Shown one piece after another: positions 26,861 to 35,944 of a stretch of DNA of 64,000 bases. A program made the translations under genes and the position numbers. The DNA lies in the IMG/VR virus record IMGVR_UViG_3300025645_004731, positions 26,616 to 90,615 of that record; one strand, written 5' to 3'. A model generated the notes under the pieces. The model was not told the origin of the DNA. It saw only the letters and a list, made by a program, of their open reading frames with translations, and made no database searches. Source of the DNA: a virus. Position 1 is the first letter of the stretch. Each line of letters opens with the position of its first letter.

Positions 26861-29019
26861 TATAATTCCTTCATCAACTTACTAAGACGTGGTTTGAATA
26901 ATTTCTGATCGCCTTTGGTAGTCTTCAATACTGGTTGATTATGGTCATCTTTGCTAAAGCCTTTGACTTCTGCTTTACGGTTCTTAAACTTACCAACCAT
27001 CACTTCGTCGCCCACACTAATCTTTGGTAGCGTTAGTGTGTCTTCTGCTTCTGCTACTGTTGATTCAGACTTGGATGCGTCAGAGTAATCAACGACCTTC
27101 TTGCCATTATTATCCCATGCGCTCATTTTCATGACTTGTTCTTTGGCATACCATTTAGGACTATATGTCTCGTGCCATTCCCAATTTTCACTTTGTGGAT
27201 CCCATTCAAACACTAACCATGCGCCTTTGTGACCGATGTCGCCAGTTTTCATATTCGTATCATAAAACTTTTCAATACGAAATTTACGAGTAGGAAAGGC
27301 AATCTCCATCTCTCCGTCATTGCCAACTCTTTTCCATCTCGGCATTGCGTTGGTTGTTGCTTCCGCTACACTTTCATTATACTCCGCAGGTATCTCACCA
27401 TTTGGTCCTAGTTTGCCGTCGTCTAGTGCGTCAAAATAACCAGCTGGGCGCTCTACTGGTTTAGGATTTACCAAGTTAAAGAATTCGGTAGTGTCGTTGC
27501 CTGTACTACTTTGCTGTAAACTCCAGCCTAGCTGACTAGCAAGTTTTTTAGCAAATCTCGAATACAGTCTTGCTCTGCCGTCACTAGCATGTTCTTCTTT
27601 ATTAGCAGCAAAATCAAAAGCTTCTACATGTTCAATGCCTACTACACTGATCCACTTATTCATCATTGCAACTACAGTAGCAAATACTCTAAACTGGTCG
27701 CCAGCATCTGTTTTGCCCATTTCATTTCCAATTGCAAAATCAATACTAAAGTCATCATATCCACCATCAAACTCCATAACTAACTCGCCGTTTGGTGTTT
27801 GCGCTTTTGCAAAATAGGTGTTGTCCGTATTTGGGCCACTTAATTTGAATGGATAGGGATTGTCCAATGCTTCTGTAACTGTTGCTTCTTGTACTTTTTT
27901 GACCAGTGTAAAGTCATCTCTGTTGCCAGCATCTTGTACATCAACTGTATATCCTAAACCACCTGCAAAACGCTGTACTATTTTTTGATACAAGTTTGTT
28001 CTACTGTTGCCAGCATCTTTAGCGGCATCAAAGTAAATCTCTTTTGGTGAGTGATCTTGGATAAACTTCTTTAGCATTGCAAGCACTGTAGTCATTGTGC
28101 GTTGTCCGTCGCCTTTGCCTGTTAAGTCGTATGTGGTGTTATTGGGAGTGTCTGCATTTGCTGTTTTAAAATCTATACCCCAGCCAGTGTCAACATTTGT
28201 TGCTAGGAAAGAAATAATTATGTTATTATCTGTTACTGCTTGCGCTTGCCATCTGTTATTATTGTTTTCAGTGACTTTAAACTTATATGGATTGTCAAAT
28301 GCTTCGTTAAATGCTGTAGTTGCTGCGGCGTTAGCACTTGCGCCCTTGGGGTGTTTTGGATTAATGCCAACAACTTCACCATTCATTAGTTCACTGATAT
28401 TAGCACTCTTGCTAATCTTATCTAGTAACTTATGTAGCTTGTCATCTGCGTCATATCCGTTAGTTTCGTATCCTGCTTTGCCACGAACCTCAGTACGTTT
28501 GCCAGTTACTGTATCAGTAATGTTTAACACCATCATATCAGTGTCACGCTCTAACTGTAGCTTATAACCTTCGTTGATGCCTTCGTTCGTTTGTGGGTAG
28601 CGGATCATTGTTTCTCTAAAGCGGAAGTCTTTGTTGCGACCTTTGTTTGGTACAAAACCAAAACGCTTGTAAAACTTGATTAATCTATTCTTGTTTCCAC
28701 CGAATGCGTCATCTGGTGTTAGCGCAATAACTGCGCCTTCCCTATCCATTCTATCAACAATGTCTTGCATTGCTTGAGTACCCTGACCAGCATTACGCTC
28801 ATCGCCTGATACTTCAATCTTAGATAGTGTATAGCCTTTTTCAGCATCGCCATATAGTGATACTTCTACTTCTTCATTTAATGATTCTTTCAAGTATGGT
28901 AAACTAAACCACAACTTAAACCATTCAGGAGTACCAGGCTCGACATTCTTTTCACGTTCAATATCATGAATGCGCTTGCTTGTGTAGCTGATATTTTCTG
29001 CTATTTCGTTAATCTTCAT
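26860..29019 (-). CDS. Multi-module polyprotein: GNAT domain, duplicated DNPY domain, SH3/KOW-like C-terminus
   Basis: MKINEIAE leader; GNAT LSKIEV...RNAGQGT...LIKFYKRFGF; modules separated by LNE/INE/FNE/VTE/VAE. Confidence 0.7.
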   Translation of the reverse strand: MKINEIAENISYTSKRIHDIEREKNVEPGTPEWFKLWFSLPYLKESLNEEVEVSLYGDAEKGYTLSKIEVSGDERNAGQGTQAMQDIVDRMDREGAVIALTPDDAFGGNKNRLIKFYKRFGFVPNKGRNKDFRFRETMIRYPQTNEGINEGYKLQLERDTDMMVLNITDTVTGKRTEVRGKAGYETNGYDADDKLHKLLDKISKSANISELMNGEVVGINPKHPKGASANAAATTAFNEAFDNPYKFKVTENNNNRWQAQAVTDNNIIISFLATNVDTGWGIDFKTANADTPNNTTYDLTGKGDGQRTMTTVLAMLKKFIQDHSPKEIYFDAAKDAGNSRTNLYQKIVQRFAGGLGYTVDVQDAGNRDDFTLVKKVQEATVTEALDNPYPFKLSGPNTDNTYFAKAQTPNGELVMEFDGGYDDFSIDFAIGNEMGKTDAGDQFRVFATVVAMMNKWISVVGIEHVEAFDFAANKEEHASDGRARLYSRFAKKLASQLGWSLQQSSTGNDTTEFFNLVNPKPVERPAGYFDALDDGKLGPNGEIPAEYNESVAEATTNAMPRWKRVGNDGEMEIAFPTRKFRIEKFYDTNMKTGDIGHKGAWLVFEWDPQSENWEWHETYSPKWYAKEQVMKMSAWDNNGKKVVDYSDASKSESTVAEAEDTLTLPKISVGDEVMVGKFKNRKAEVKGFSKDDHNQPVLKTTKGDQKLFKPRLSKLMKEL

Positions 29020-29636
29020 AGCTTGTTCTCCCATAATGGTCCGTTAACTACCACGTCATCCTGGCTAATCAGATGCTTCTTTATAAACGATTCTATCTCG
29101 GGTGTCAAGTGTCTCGCACGATTAACACTGTTGCTATTGAAAAATAAATGTACTTCAACCGACTCATCACCGAATGCTTTCATAATAGCCAACATACGAT
29201 TGCGTCCTTCATGTCCAGTAACTTGTGCTGGTTCATCTGTTCCATCAACTTTAATAGATAGAAACGGACTAGCAATAGATCCACCATTTTTAATATAGTC
29301 AATCATTTCGTCTTTTGGTTCTCTGCCTAGTTTAGATGCCAACGCAATAAATGTACTGGGCTTCATCTTAACACGCATACCAAAGTAGTCTACCTGGGCG
29401 TTATTAGGTGTTGCGCCTCTGCCGTCTTTGTTATCAATGTTAACACTTTCATTCGTCATGCCTAGATTAAATGCCGTATTTGGACTAGCACCGGGAACAC
29501 CAAGTGGCTTGGGTTTGCCATTGCCACCAAAGAACTTTTTGGCTTGACGTTCTGTTTCGCCAGGCTTAACATCTACCGTGGTGTTAACGCCTTTTACAAT
29601 ACGCCCATCTTCATTTATGATATCAGTTATCTTCAT
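29016..29636 (-). CDS. Head-targeted protein with ParB/Srx-like domain
   Basis: MKITDIINE leader; PFL...VTGHEGRNRM resembles the ParB-N (D/E)G.(H/N)R motif. Confidence 0.55.
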   Translation of the reverse strand: MKITDIINEDGRIVKGVNTTVDVKPGETERQAKKFFGGNGKPKPLGVPGASPNTAFNLGMTNESVNIDNKDGRGATPNNAQVDYFGMRVKMKPSTFIALASKLGREPKDEMIDYIKNGGSIASPFLSIKVDGTDEPAQVTGHEGRNRMLAIMKAFGDESVEVHLFFNSNSVNRARHLTPEIESFIKKHLISQDDVVVNGPLWENKL

Positions 29637-29644
29637 AGTGATAT

Positions 29645-31261
29645 TTATGCCTTCTTCGTCACTGATGGCAACGCGGCGATAAGATTTGGTTTATCTTTTG
29701 GCGTTGCTCTCGCTAAAGTAGGCGATGGCGCTGGAGAAGATAATGCCGGATCATTCAATACTGGACCCATTGGAGCAGATGCCGGAGGAGTAACCGGAGT
29801 AACTGGCTGTGGTGCTGCTACTGGTGCTGCCGGAGTAACTGGTTTTGGTGCTGCCGGAGTAACTGGTTTTGGTGCTGCCGGAGTAACTGGTTTTGGTGCT
29901 GCCGGAGTAACTGGTTTTGGTTTTGGTGCTGCTACTGGCGGAGTAACTGGTTTTGGTGCTGCTACTGGCGGAGTAGTCGGAGTAGATACGGGCGGAGTAG
30001 TCATGGGTGTTGCTCCTTTAGTATCAAATCTTTTCGTGGGTATTGTCGGAGGAGTAGACGCTAATGCACCAGCCTTTGGGGCGATTGTCGCTGGCGCTGT
30101 GCCGCCTGTTGCTACAGATGACCCTGGTCCACTGTATGATGGAGGAGTAGATGCCAATGCGCCTGCTTTTGCTATTGTCGGCGATGTCGTGACACTTGGA
30201 GTATCTAACGCACCTGCTGTCGGGGTACTCGGCGTGGCAGGAGTAACTGGCGTTGTTGTCGCCTGGGACGTAAAGATATTCTTCATCGCTCCGATTGTTT
30301 GATTGCCTGCTATCGCATCCTGCTGTAATCCAAAGTCGCTCTGAAATTGTTTTACTGCTGCTGCGGTATTTTTACCATATCTGCCATCGGCTCCTGTACT
30401 ACCAATATCATAGCCCAGCGATGTCAGCCCCTGTTGTAAATTTGTTACATTTGGGCCACTGGAGCCTTGTTTCATATTGAAATTACTTGTGCCTACTTTT
30501 CCCAATGTTCCGATACTAGCGGTACTGCGGTCAATCGCGGTAGTAGGAGCAGTGAATAATGGAGGCTTGGTGATTGGTGCGACGGTTGGTGACGGAGTAA
30601 AGGATGCTGGCTTAGGATCTAACGCGCCAGCCTGTGTACTAAAATCGGTCATTGTGTTGCTTGGTCCAGTGAGACTAGCATACTGTGTGTTGTTCGGCAT
30701 TGGTGAACCAGATGGGTCGAATGGCTCCGCCTTTAGTGATGTATCAAGAATATTGGCAAAGTCGCTTCTGTTTTTTAATCCGGCGGATCTGTATTGTGGA
30801 TCATTTAGTCTCCATCTGATATAGTCGTTGCCCAATACATTAGTGGCAGTAGCATCATCAATATTAGGATTATTCAAGAATTCATTCTTTGTGTCGGCAT
30901 ATGACGGATTATTTTCAATTTCGCTGCGAACAAATCCAGCCTGTGCGTCTAGTGTTGCCTGCCCTGGTATCATATTACCAGTATCGTCTAATACGCCAGC
31001 GTTTCCTAAAAAGTTCATAAGCTCGGGTTTGCGATCCCCCTGCCAACTAATCATTCCCACATTTTGTGCGTTATTTGCTGGATCACTGTGTGTGCCATAA
31101 ATTAAATCAGCGTTCATTGAATTTTCTCTGCCTACCTCAGCAGTAAATGCTCTAGCTTGAGCATCGCTAAATCCATTATTTCTGAATGCGTTGTATATAC
31201 CACGAGCCATAGATTGCTGCCGCGCTGTTCCTGCTTCACTGAGTAATTCGTGTAGTCTCAT
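29645..31261 (-). CDS. Virion muralytic enzyme (phage tail lysozyme-like) with PG-binding domain and Pro/Ala/Thr-rich tail
   Basis: MRLHELLSE leader; GFSDAQARA..AEVGREN...GMISWQGDR...TLDAQ; V..LQ..L..LGY...DG.YG..T..AV..FQ...GL..D.IAG..T. Confidence 0.8.
   Translation of the reverse strand: MRLHELLSEAGTARQQSMARGIYNAFRNNGFSDAQARAFTAEVGRENSMNADLIYGTHSDPANNAQNVGMISWQGDRKPELMNFLGNAGVLDDTGNMIPGQATLDAQAGFVRSEIENNPSYADTKNEFLNNPNIDDATATNVLGNDYIRWRLNDPQYRSAGLKNRSDFANILDTSLKAEPFDPSGSPMPNNTQYASLTGPSNTMTDFSTQAGALDPKPASFTPSPTVAPITKPPLFTAPTTAIDRSTASIGTLGKVGTSNFNMKQGSSGPNVTNLQQGLTSLGYDIGSTGADGRYGKNTAAAVKQFQSDFGLQQDAIAGNQTIGAMKNIFTSQATTTPVTPATPSTPTAGALDTPSVTTSPTIAKAGALASTPPSYSGPGSSVATGGTAPATIAPKAGALASTPPTIPTKRFDTKGATPMTTPPVSTPTTPPVAAPKPVTPPVAAPKPKPVTPAAPKPVTPAAPKPVTPAAPKPVTPAAPVAAPQPVTPVTPPASAPMGPVLNDPALSSPAPSPTLARATPKDKPNLIAALPSVTKKA
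29785..29980 (-). repeat. 24-bp coding tandem repeats (PAAPKPVT)n
   Basis: ggtgctgccggagtaactggtttt repeated about 4 times, plus degenerate copies. Confidence 0.95.
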
Positions 31262-31262
31262 A

Positions 31263-32075
31263 TTATCTTCCTTGAGTTAACATTGTCATTAGCTGTAATA
31301 GGACATGTGGCGATAGTGTTTTTCTAGCAGCGCCCAATGATGATATCGCATTGCGAATCTGGTCAGCATATTCTGGAGTAAATTGTTGCTTGCTTTCCAT
31401 GTCGTTAACAAAATTTAATATTGCGTTAGCGTCTATTGGCATTATCTCTTCTTGTGGTTGAGGAGCTTGTGCCATTGGTTGTTCTTCAGCTTCAGTATGT
31501 ACTTCTGGATGTAACGCCTGTCCACTAATATCTTTGAATGGCACATTTGCTCTTGTCAATATCGCTGTTAGCTTGTCAACTTCTTCCTGATTGGAAAGTG
31601 TTATCATCATGTCACTTTCGCTCTGTCCAAATTCCTCTGGCGGTTGTTGATTTAATGTAGGAAAATGCTGACCGATCTTACTCCAATCTAATTCTCCAGG
31701 CGTATCAATAACAAGAGTGAATTGTGGATTCGACAACAGAGTTTGCTGACCCGAGAAATCAGTGTCGCTGACATCACTGGCATCTTCACCCATAACTTTA
31801 TCTGATAAAGCAACTCCAGCCCTCTTGGCTATTTTTCTAAGAGAATTAATACCTTTGCCAGTTTTGACCGCTGCTTTAATCATTGCCATCATAACTGGCG
31901 CAGCAAGTCCGGCAACTGCCGCCATTGCGGCAATATCAGATAAGCCCGCAACATCTTCGCTGACATCACTAGCATCTTCTTCGATGGGAGTTGGCTCAAA
32001 TCTAGCCTTTTTGGCGAATGAGAGACCGAAGTTCTCCTCGGATAAAGCTGAAGTGAACTCGTTAATCTTGACCAT
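31263..32075 (-). CDS. Putative head-internal modular protein
   Basis: MVKINEF leader; EDASDVS repeated twice. Confidence 0.6.
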   Translation of the reverse strand: MVKINEFTSALSEENFGLSFAKKARFEPTPIEEDASDVSEDVAGLSDIAAMAAVAGLAAPVMMAMIKAAVKTGKGINSLRKIAKRAGVALSDKVMGEDASDVSDTDFSGQQTLLSNPQFTLVIDTPGELDWSKIGQHFPTLNQQPPEEFGQSESDMMITLSNQEEVDKLTAILTRANVPFKDISGQALHPEVHTEAEEQPMAQAPQPQEEIMPIDANAILNFVNDMESKQQFTPEYADQIRNAISSLGAARKTLSPHVLLQLMTMLTQGR

Positions 32076-32186
32076 GATGAAATCCTTATCTTATATTATA
32101 TACTAATATTTATGCGATATTACTTGACACGTGGGTTCTCTTGTGATATACTATAATAGTAAGGTGCTTTGGATGACAAATAATGC

Positions 32187-32246
32187 TTGACAAGCAAGGC
32201 GCCATGGTGTATAATATATGTACAGCAACAAAGAAAACGAATCAGC
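32187..32246 (+). promoter_or_regulatory. Cassette promoter-leader repeat, plus-strand copy driving the homing endonuclease
   Basis: TTGACA agcaaggcgccatggtg TATAAT atatgtacagcaacaaagaaaacgaatcagc ATG. Confidence 0.85.
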
Positions 32247-32903
32247 ATGAATATCTATCCCTCTTATACCTATCATATTTCCTGGACAAAGCAGGACAAA
32301 CACTATTATGGTGTTCGTGTAGCGAATCAATGTCAGCCAGAAGAAGACTTATGGATAGAGTATCATACTTCCTCCAATATTGTCAAGTCATTTCGTGAAG
32401 AATACGGCGAACCAGATATTATTCGTATAGACCAGACATTTGACACCCGTGAGGCAGCAGGCGAATATGAGATTCAATTCCTAACCGAGAATGAGTGTGT
32501 GTTCTCACCGAAATGGCTGAATATGGCAGCCTGGCCGATGGTTGACAATCGCGGTGAAAATCATTACCTGTATGGAAAAACTCGTTCCAAAGAAACCAAA
32601 AGAAAAATGTCTGAGGCGAAGAAGGGAAAAAATCATCCCATGTATGGAAAAACTCATTCCGAAGAAGCCAAAAGAAAACAGTCCGAGGCGAAGAAGGGAA
32701 AAACTCCTTCCGAAGAACACAGAAGAAAATTATCTGAGGCGAGCAAGGGTAAACCACAATCCGAAGAACACTCAAGAAAAATATCTGAGGGGCTGATGGG
32801 AAAACCACAAGAAAAAGTTACATGCCCCCACTGTAAGAAGACAGGTGGTGTTTCCGGTATGACAAGATATCATAACGATAACTGTAAGAAAAAAGTCAAG
32901 TAG
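32247..32903 (+). mobile_element. Free-standing homing endonuclease (GIY-YIG-like N-terminus, NUMOD3 repeats, Zn ribbon)
   Basis: YTY...YYGVR...Y.TSS; [22 protein letters not shown]-type repeats; CPHC...RYH.DNC; opposite strand to its neighbours. Confidence 0.82.
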
Positions 32904-32922
32904 AGAAAGATTCTACTTGACA
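32896..32922. terminator. Hairpin between convergent genes
   Basis: GTCAAGTAGA-N7-TCTACTTGAC perfect 10-bp stem. Confidence 0.6.
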
Positions 32923-32938
32923 ATTAGGCATTAGTGTG

Positions 32939-33427
32939 TTACCACTTCTTACATGACCAATAACGCGCGGCTGTTTTGGGTCCTGGGTTCTCGCAGTTGT
33001 GTCTGGCTCGAAAACTTTTCCGAGCAGCAGGATTATCTTTGCGGATTCTCATAGTCTTTTCATTACCCTTGCCCTGATGTCCAAATCTGACCATCTTGAC
33101 CTTGTCACCATCTTTGACATATACTTTGAATTTCTTCGATTCGTCTTTTCCGGTGGAAATAGGCTTATTTAATTTTACAGTGCGTCCGCGATATTCCGCT
33201 TCAAATAAATCATTTTCATCTTCGCTGTAGCCCAAATATCCAAACTCCTCGTGGAAGCATTGGTCGTCTTCTAGTACAATCTCTTCTTCAGCGACACAGT
33301 TATTAACACGAGTGTCGCCCTTACTGTTCATTTTGGTTTTCGGCTCTCCGATTTTATATCCGTCTTGACAGCTAGGATCCAGCCTTGTTTTGGTCTTCTT
33401 TGCTTCGATTACTTCATTAATTTTCAT
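32939..33427 (-). CDS. Head-associated protein (DUF6321-like)
   Basis: MKINEVIE leader; EAEYRGRTVKLNKP...KKFKVYVK...RKSFRARHNC...ARYWSCKKW. Confidence 0.7.
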   Translation of the reverse strand: MKINEVIEAKKTKTRLDPSCQDGYKIGEPKTKMNSKGDTRVNNCVAEEEIVLEDDQCFHEEFGYLGYSEDENDLFEAEYRGRTVKLNKPISTGKDESKKFKVYVKDGDKVKMVRFGHQGKGNEKTMRIRKDNPAARKSFRARHNCENPGPKTAARYWSCKKW

Positions 33428-33902
33428 TGTTATATTCCCATACATCTTGTGCTGTCTGTTCTAACCACGGGAATTTATTAAAGAATTCCTTATTAGTGAC
33501 TTTATATATTGTAAGTGGTAAATTCTTTTGGTCTACATATTGCTTGATGGCATTCATTACTTTAGAACCAGTGCCACCACCACGCTCGGAGGTAGATATT
33601 TGTGACATTAGGATTTTATTTGGACGATAGCTTGCTGCCGCATCTAATAGTATATGTCCAAAGTCACCCTTTAGCATATATGTGCCGCCACCACCTATCA
33701 TTTCTGTACCTGACCACGGAACGCCTACTTTGCCCCAACTGGTCCAGCTAGTGGCGCCAATGGCATTGCCTACATGCTTAATGAGAGGATAATCATCATC
33801 CAATGGCCACCATTTCTTATCAAACTCGATATCAACGTATCCATTTTGGATAGCATCGAATTCTTCTTTTGAAACTTCTGATATAATTTCTTCGATTAGC
33901 AT
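33417..33902 (-). CDS. Head-targeted GNAT-like protein
   Basis: MLIEEIISE leader; ISTSERGGGTGSKVM...FFNKF resembles the acetyl-CoA binding motif. Confidence 0.55.
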   Translation of the reverse strand: MLIEEIISEVSKEEFDAIQNGYVDIEFDKKWWPLDDDYPLIKHVGNAIGATSWTSWGKVGVPWSGTEMIGGGGTYMLKGDFGHILLDAAASYRPNKILMSQISTSERGGGTGSKVMNAIKQYVDQKNLPLTIYKVTNKEFFNKFPWLEQTAQDVWEYNNEN

Positions 33903-33989
33903 CCACAAAAAATCCCTGATAAAACTCTATAATATTATTAATATTTATACGTTTACCAGGGATGAAGTTTGTTGTATTGTCGTTTCTTA

Positions 33990-34607
33990 TTATAGTTCGC
34001 CGCCCGGCACTTCCTGCATGCCATTGCCGACTAGGACAGTTCCTGCTAGACGTACAGTACCTGTGCCTACTACGATTGCGTTCTTCATAACAAATGTATC
34101 TCCGACTGAATACGGACTGTTGTCGCCGCTCAGATCATAAAATTTCCACTCAGTATCTCCTAGTGATACAATTTCGTATTCACGCGCGGGTAATGCATCT
34201 ATTAAGCCAATTTCTGCGCCGCCCGCTTCTTCAGTCTGGGCCGCACCGTCAAAATTACTTGCCTCGAATGTCCAAGGATACATTTCACCGTCGTCGGCTC
34301 GTACTTTATGAGCTGAAATCTTTTCAACTTGTACAGCGTTTTGCGCATCGGTGAGAATTGTTATTGTCATTTCGCCTATCGCAGCATCTTCTGGTGCGTT
34401 TGGATGCGAAGCGGCAACTGCGCCGTCTTTGTTTGACAACATGCATTCAAACTCATTTGTGCCGTCTGTACAGAGGAATTTTTTACTGCCTGTTTGCTTT
34501 ATAATCCAGCCTTGTACACTAGCGAAGCCGTTCCAGAATGTTACTCTAATCTCGTTTCCAGCATCCGTTGGTGGGCCGAAATATCTTTTGTTTAATGGTC
34601 TACCCAT
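33990..34607 (-). CDS. Conserved structural protein (MGRPLNKRYFG family)
   Basis: MGRPLNK.YFG...IIKQ.G..KF; late promoter and AAGGAG RBS. Confidence 0.65.
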   Translation of the reverse strand: MGRPLNKRYFGPPTDAGNEIRVTFWNGFASVQGWIIKQTGSKKFLCTDGTNEFECMLSNKDGAVAASHPNAPEDAAIGEMTITILTDAQNAVQVEKISAHKVRADDGEMYPWTFEASNFDGAAQTEEAGGAEIGLIDALPAREYEIVSLGDTEWKFYDLSGDNSPYSVGDTFVMKNAIVVGTGTVRLAGTVLVGNGMQEVPGGEL

Positions 34608-34611
34608 TTGT

Positions 34612-34694
34612 TTTCTCCTTCAAGAAGTCCTATGCGGGTTCAAGCCGCTACGGGGTGGTGTCCCCATAAACTCTATTGAGCATAACAGTATTTA
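34612..34694 (-). promoter_or_regulatory. Late promoter (TAAATA) plus GC-rich structured 5' leader
   Basis: ATGGGG-acacca-CCCCGT and GCGG-cttgaac-CCGC hairpins closed by GAGTTTAT/ATAGGACTT, just before the RBS. Confidence 0.55.
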
Positions 34695-34697
34695 TCA

Positions 34698-35510
34698 CTA
34701 TTCAAGGAAGAAATTCTTGACATGTAGATGAGAACTCTCGCCGATGATGTTTATCCCCATCTTGGATTTAACAACATTAATTTCTACACCTTCATTAATC
34801 ATTCGGGAAAACTGTTGTAGAAACGGACTATGTTTTCGTTCGACTGTTATCTGGACGGCTCCTATTTCGCTACTACAAATAAAGCAATGTACCAGTTTAT
34901 GTGAATAACTGAATTCATTTTTCACAACAATTTTTCTATTTGCGTAATGACTTGAATCAAATCTGGTAGTATAATCTGCCATATTGTTATCGTCTAATGA
35001 ATGATTTGGCTTAACATCTTTGCCAAGATCCATCACAGAGTTATTAAAATAACTAACGTAGTTGTTATAAGGAAGAATCCCCAACAAATGGTCTGCTTTT
35101 CGTTCCATCTCTCGTGGTGTCATATCCCCATTAATGCGTTGAACACTGGTATCCACCCGATACATCAATTCGAGATATCTAGACAGTTTAATGCCCTCAA
35201 TAATAGTTCTTTTAGTATGAGATACATCGCCGCCTATAAATTCACTAAGACTTGTCCTGAATGGCGTCAGCATTGTTTTTGCTAATTTTGCCTGAATAAA
35301 GAGTTGCCGATAATACTGCCAGATTACATTACACTGTCCAGCTGTTAGTTCAGGATTACATAAACAAAATATTTCAAAGCTGGAAGTATATTTTGGAGCA
35401 CACTCGAATTTTCTATCGTTACTCTTATCGAAAACGAATTCGCGTGACAATTCGCCAGTAGTTGGGTCTACAATATCAGAGTCAAAGTCATAGTCATGCG
35501 GGGTTCTCAT
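34698..35510 (-). CDS. Hypothetical protein
   Basis: 270-aa ORF with ATGA coupling. Confidence 0.6.
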   Translation of the reverse strand: MRTPHDYDFDSDIVDPTTGELSREFVFDKSNDRKFECAPKYTSSFEIFCLCNPELTAGQCNVIWQYYRQLFIQAKLAKTMLTPFRTSLSEFIGGDVSHTKRTIIEGIKLSRYLELMYRVDTSVQRINGDMTPREMERKADHLLGILPYNNYVSYFNNSVMDLGKDVKPNHSLDDNNMADYTTRFDSSHYANRKIVVKNEFSYSHKLVHCFICSSEIGAVQITVERKHSPFLQQFSRMINEGVEINVVKSKMGINIIGESSHLHVKNFFLE

Positions 35511-35944
35511 CGGGTGTCTTCTACAAACTCACCATCAACGATTTTCATAACCTTACAGGGAACACTCAAGTCTCCAGCACGTTTGAAGTATGATCTACCA
35601 CCATCTACTGCGCAATCGCCAACGTGTCGATAGTCATGTCTATGCTGTGAATACTCCCAACCATTAGGACCTTCAAGCATACCAAACTCAAGTGTTTCAA
35701 TCATATCCGCATCGGTGATCATAATACCACCACGAACGCCACCATAGTTGTTTGCATTATACAATCCAAAGTAGCGATTGCCAAACTCGGGATGCGGTGT
35801 CTCACGATAGAAGATGTCTGCCGCATAATCAGCATGTTCATTCGGTGCAGAAGTGCAGACATACTTTACTGACACTCCATCCTTTTCACTGTAGAGTTTT
35901 TCTGCTCTTGCTGTGTCAAAAATTGGGTGGTGTTTAATGTTCAT
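35507..35944 (-). CDS. Conserved phage hypothetical protein
   Basis: DIFYRETPHPEFGNRYFG...YS.HRHDY...VDGGRSY. Confidence 0.7.
   Translation of the reverse strand: MNIKHHPIFDTARAEKLYSEKDGVSVKYVCTSAPNEHADYAADIFYRETPHPEFGNRYFGLYNANNYGGVRGGIMITDADMIETLEFGMLEGPNGWEYSQHRHDYRHVGDCAVDGGRSYFKRAGDLSVPCKVMKIVDGEFVEDTR

Noticed and set aside
29785-29980. 24-bp tandem repeats as a non-coding array
   Set aside because: In-frame coding PAAPKPVT linker repeats without unique spacers.
20076-30824. Long plus-strand ORFs such as 20076-20933 and 29544-30302
   Set aside because: Antisense shadows of low-complexity minus-strand genes, with no RBS or recognisable motifs.
34630-34650. tRNA-like T-arm (GCGGGTTCAAGCCGC) on the plus strand
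   Set aside because: The loop/stem is one base short and no acceptor, D or anticodon arm can be built; better explained as a hairpin of the minus-strand leader.
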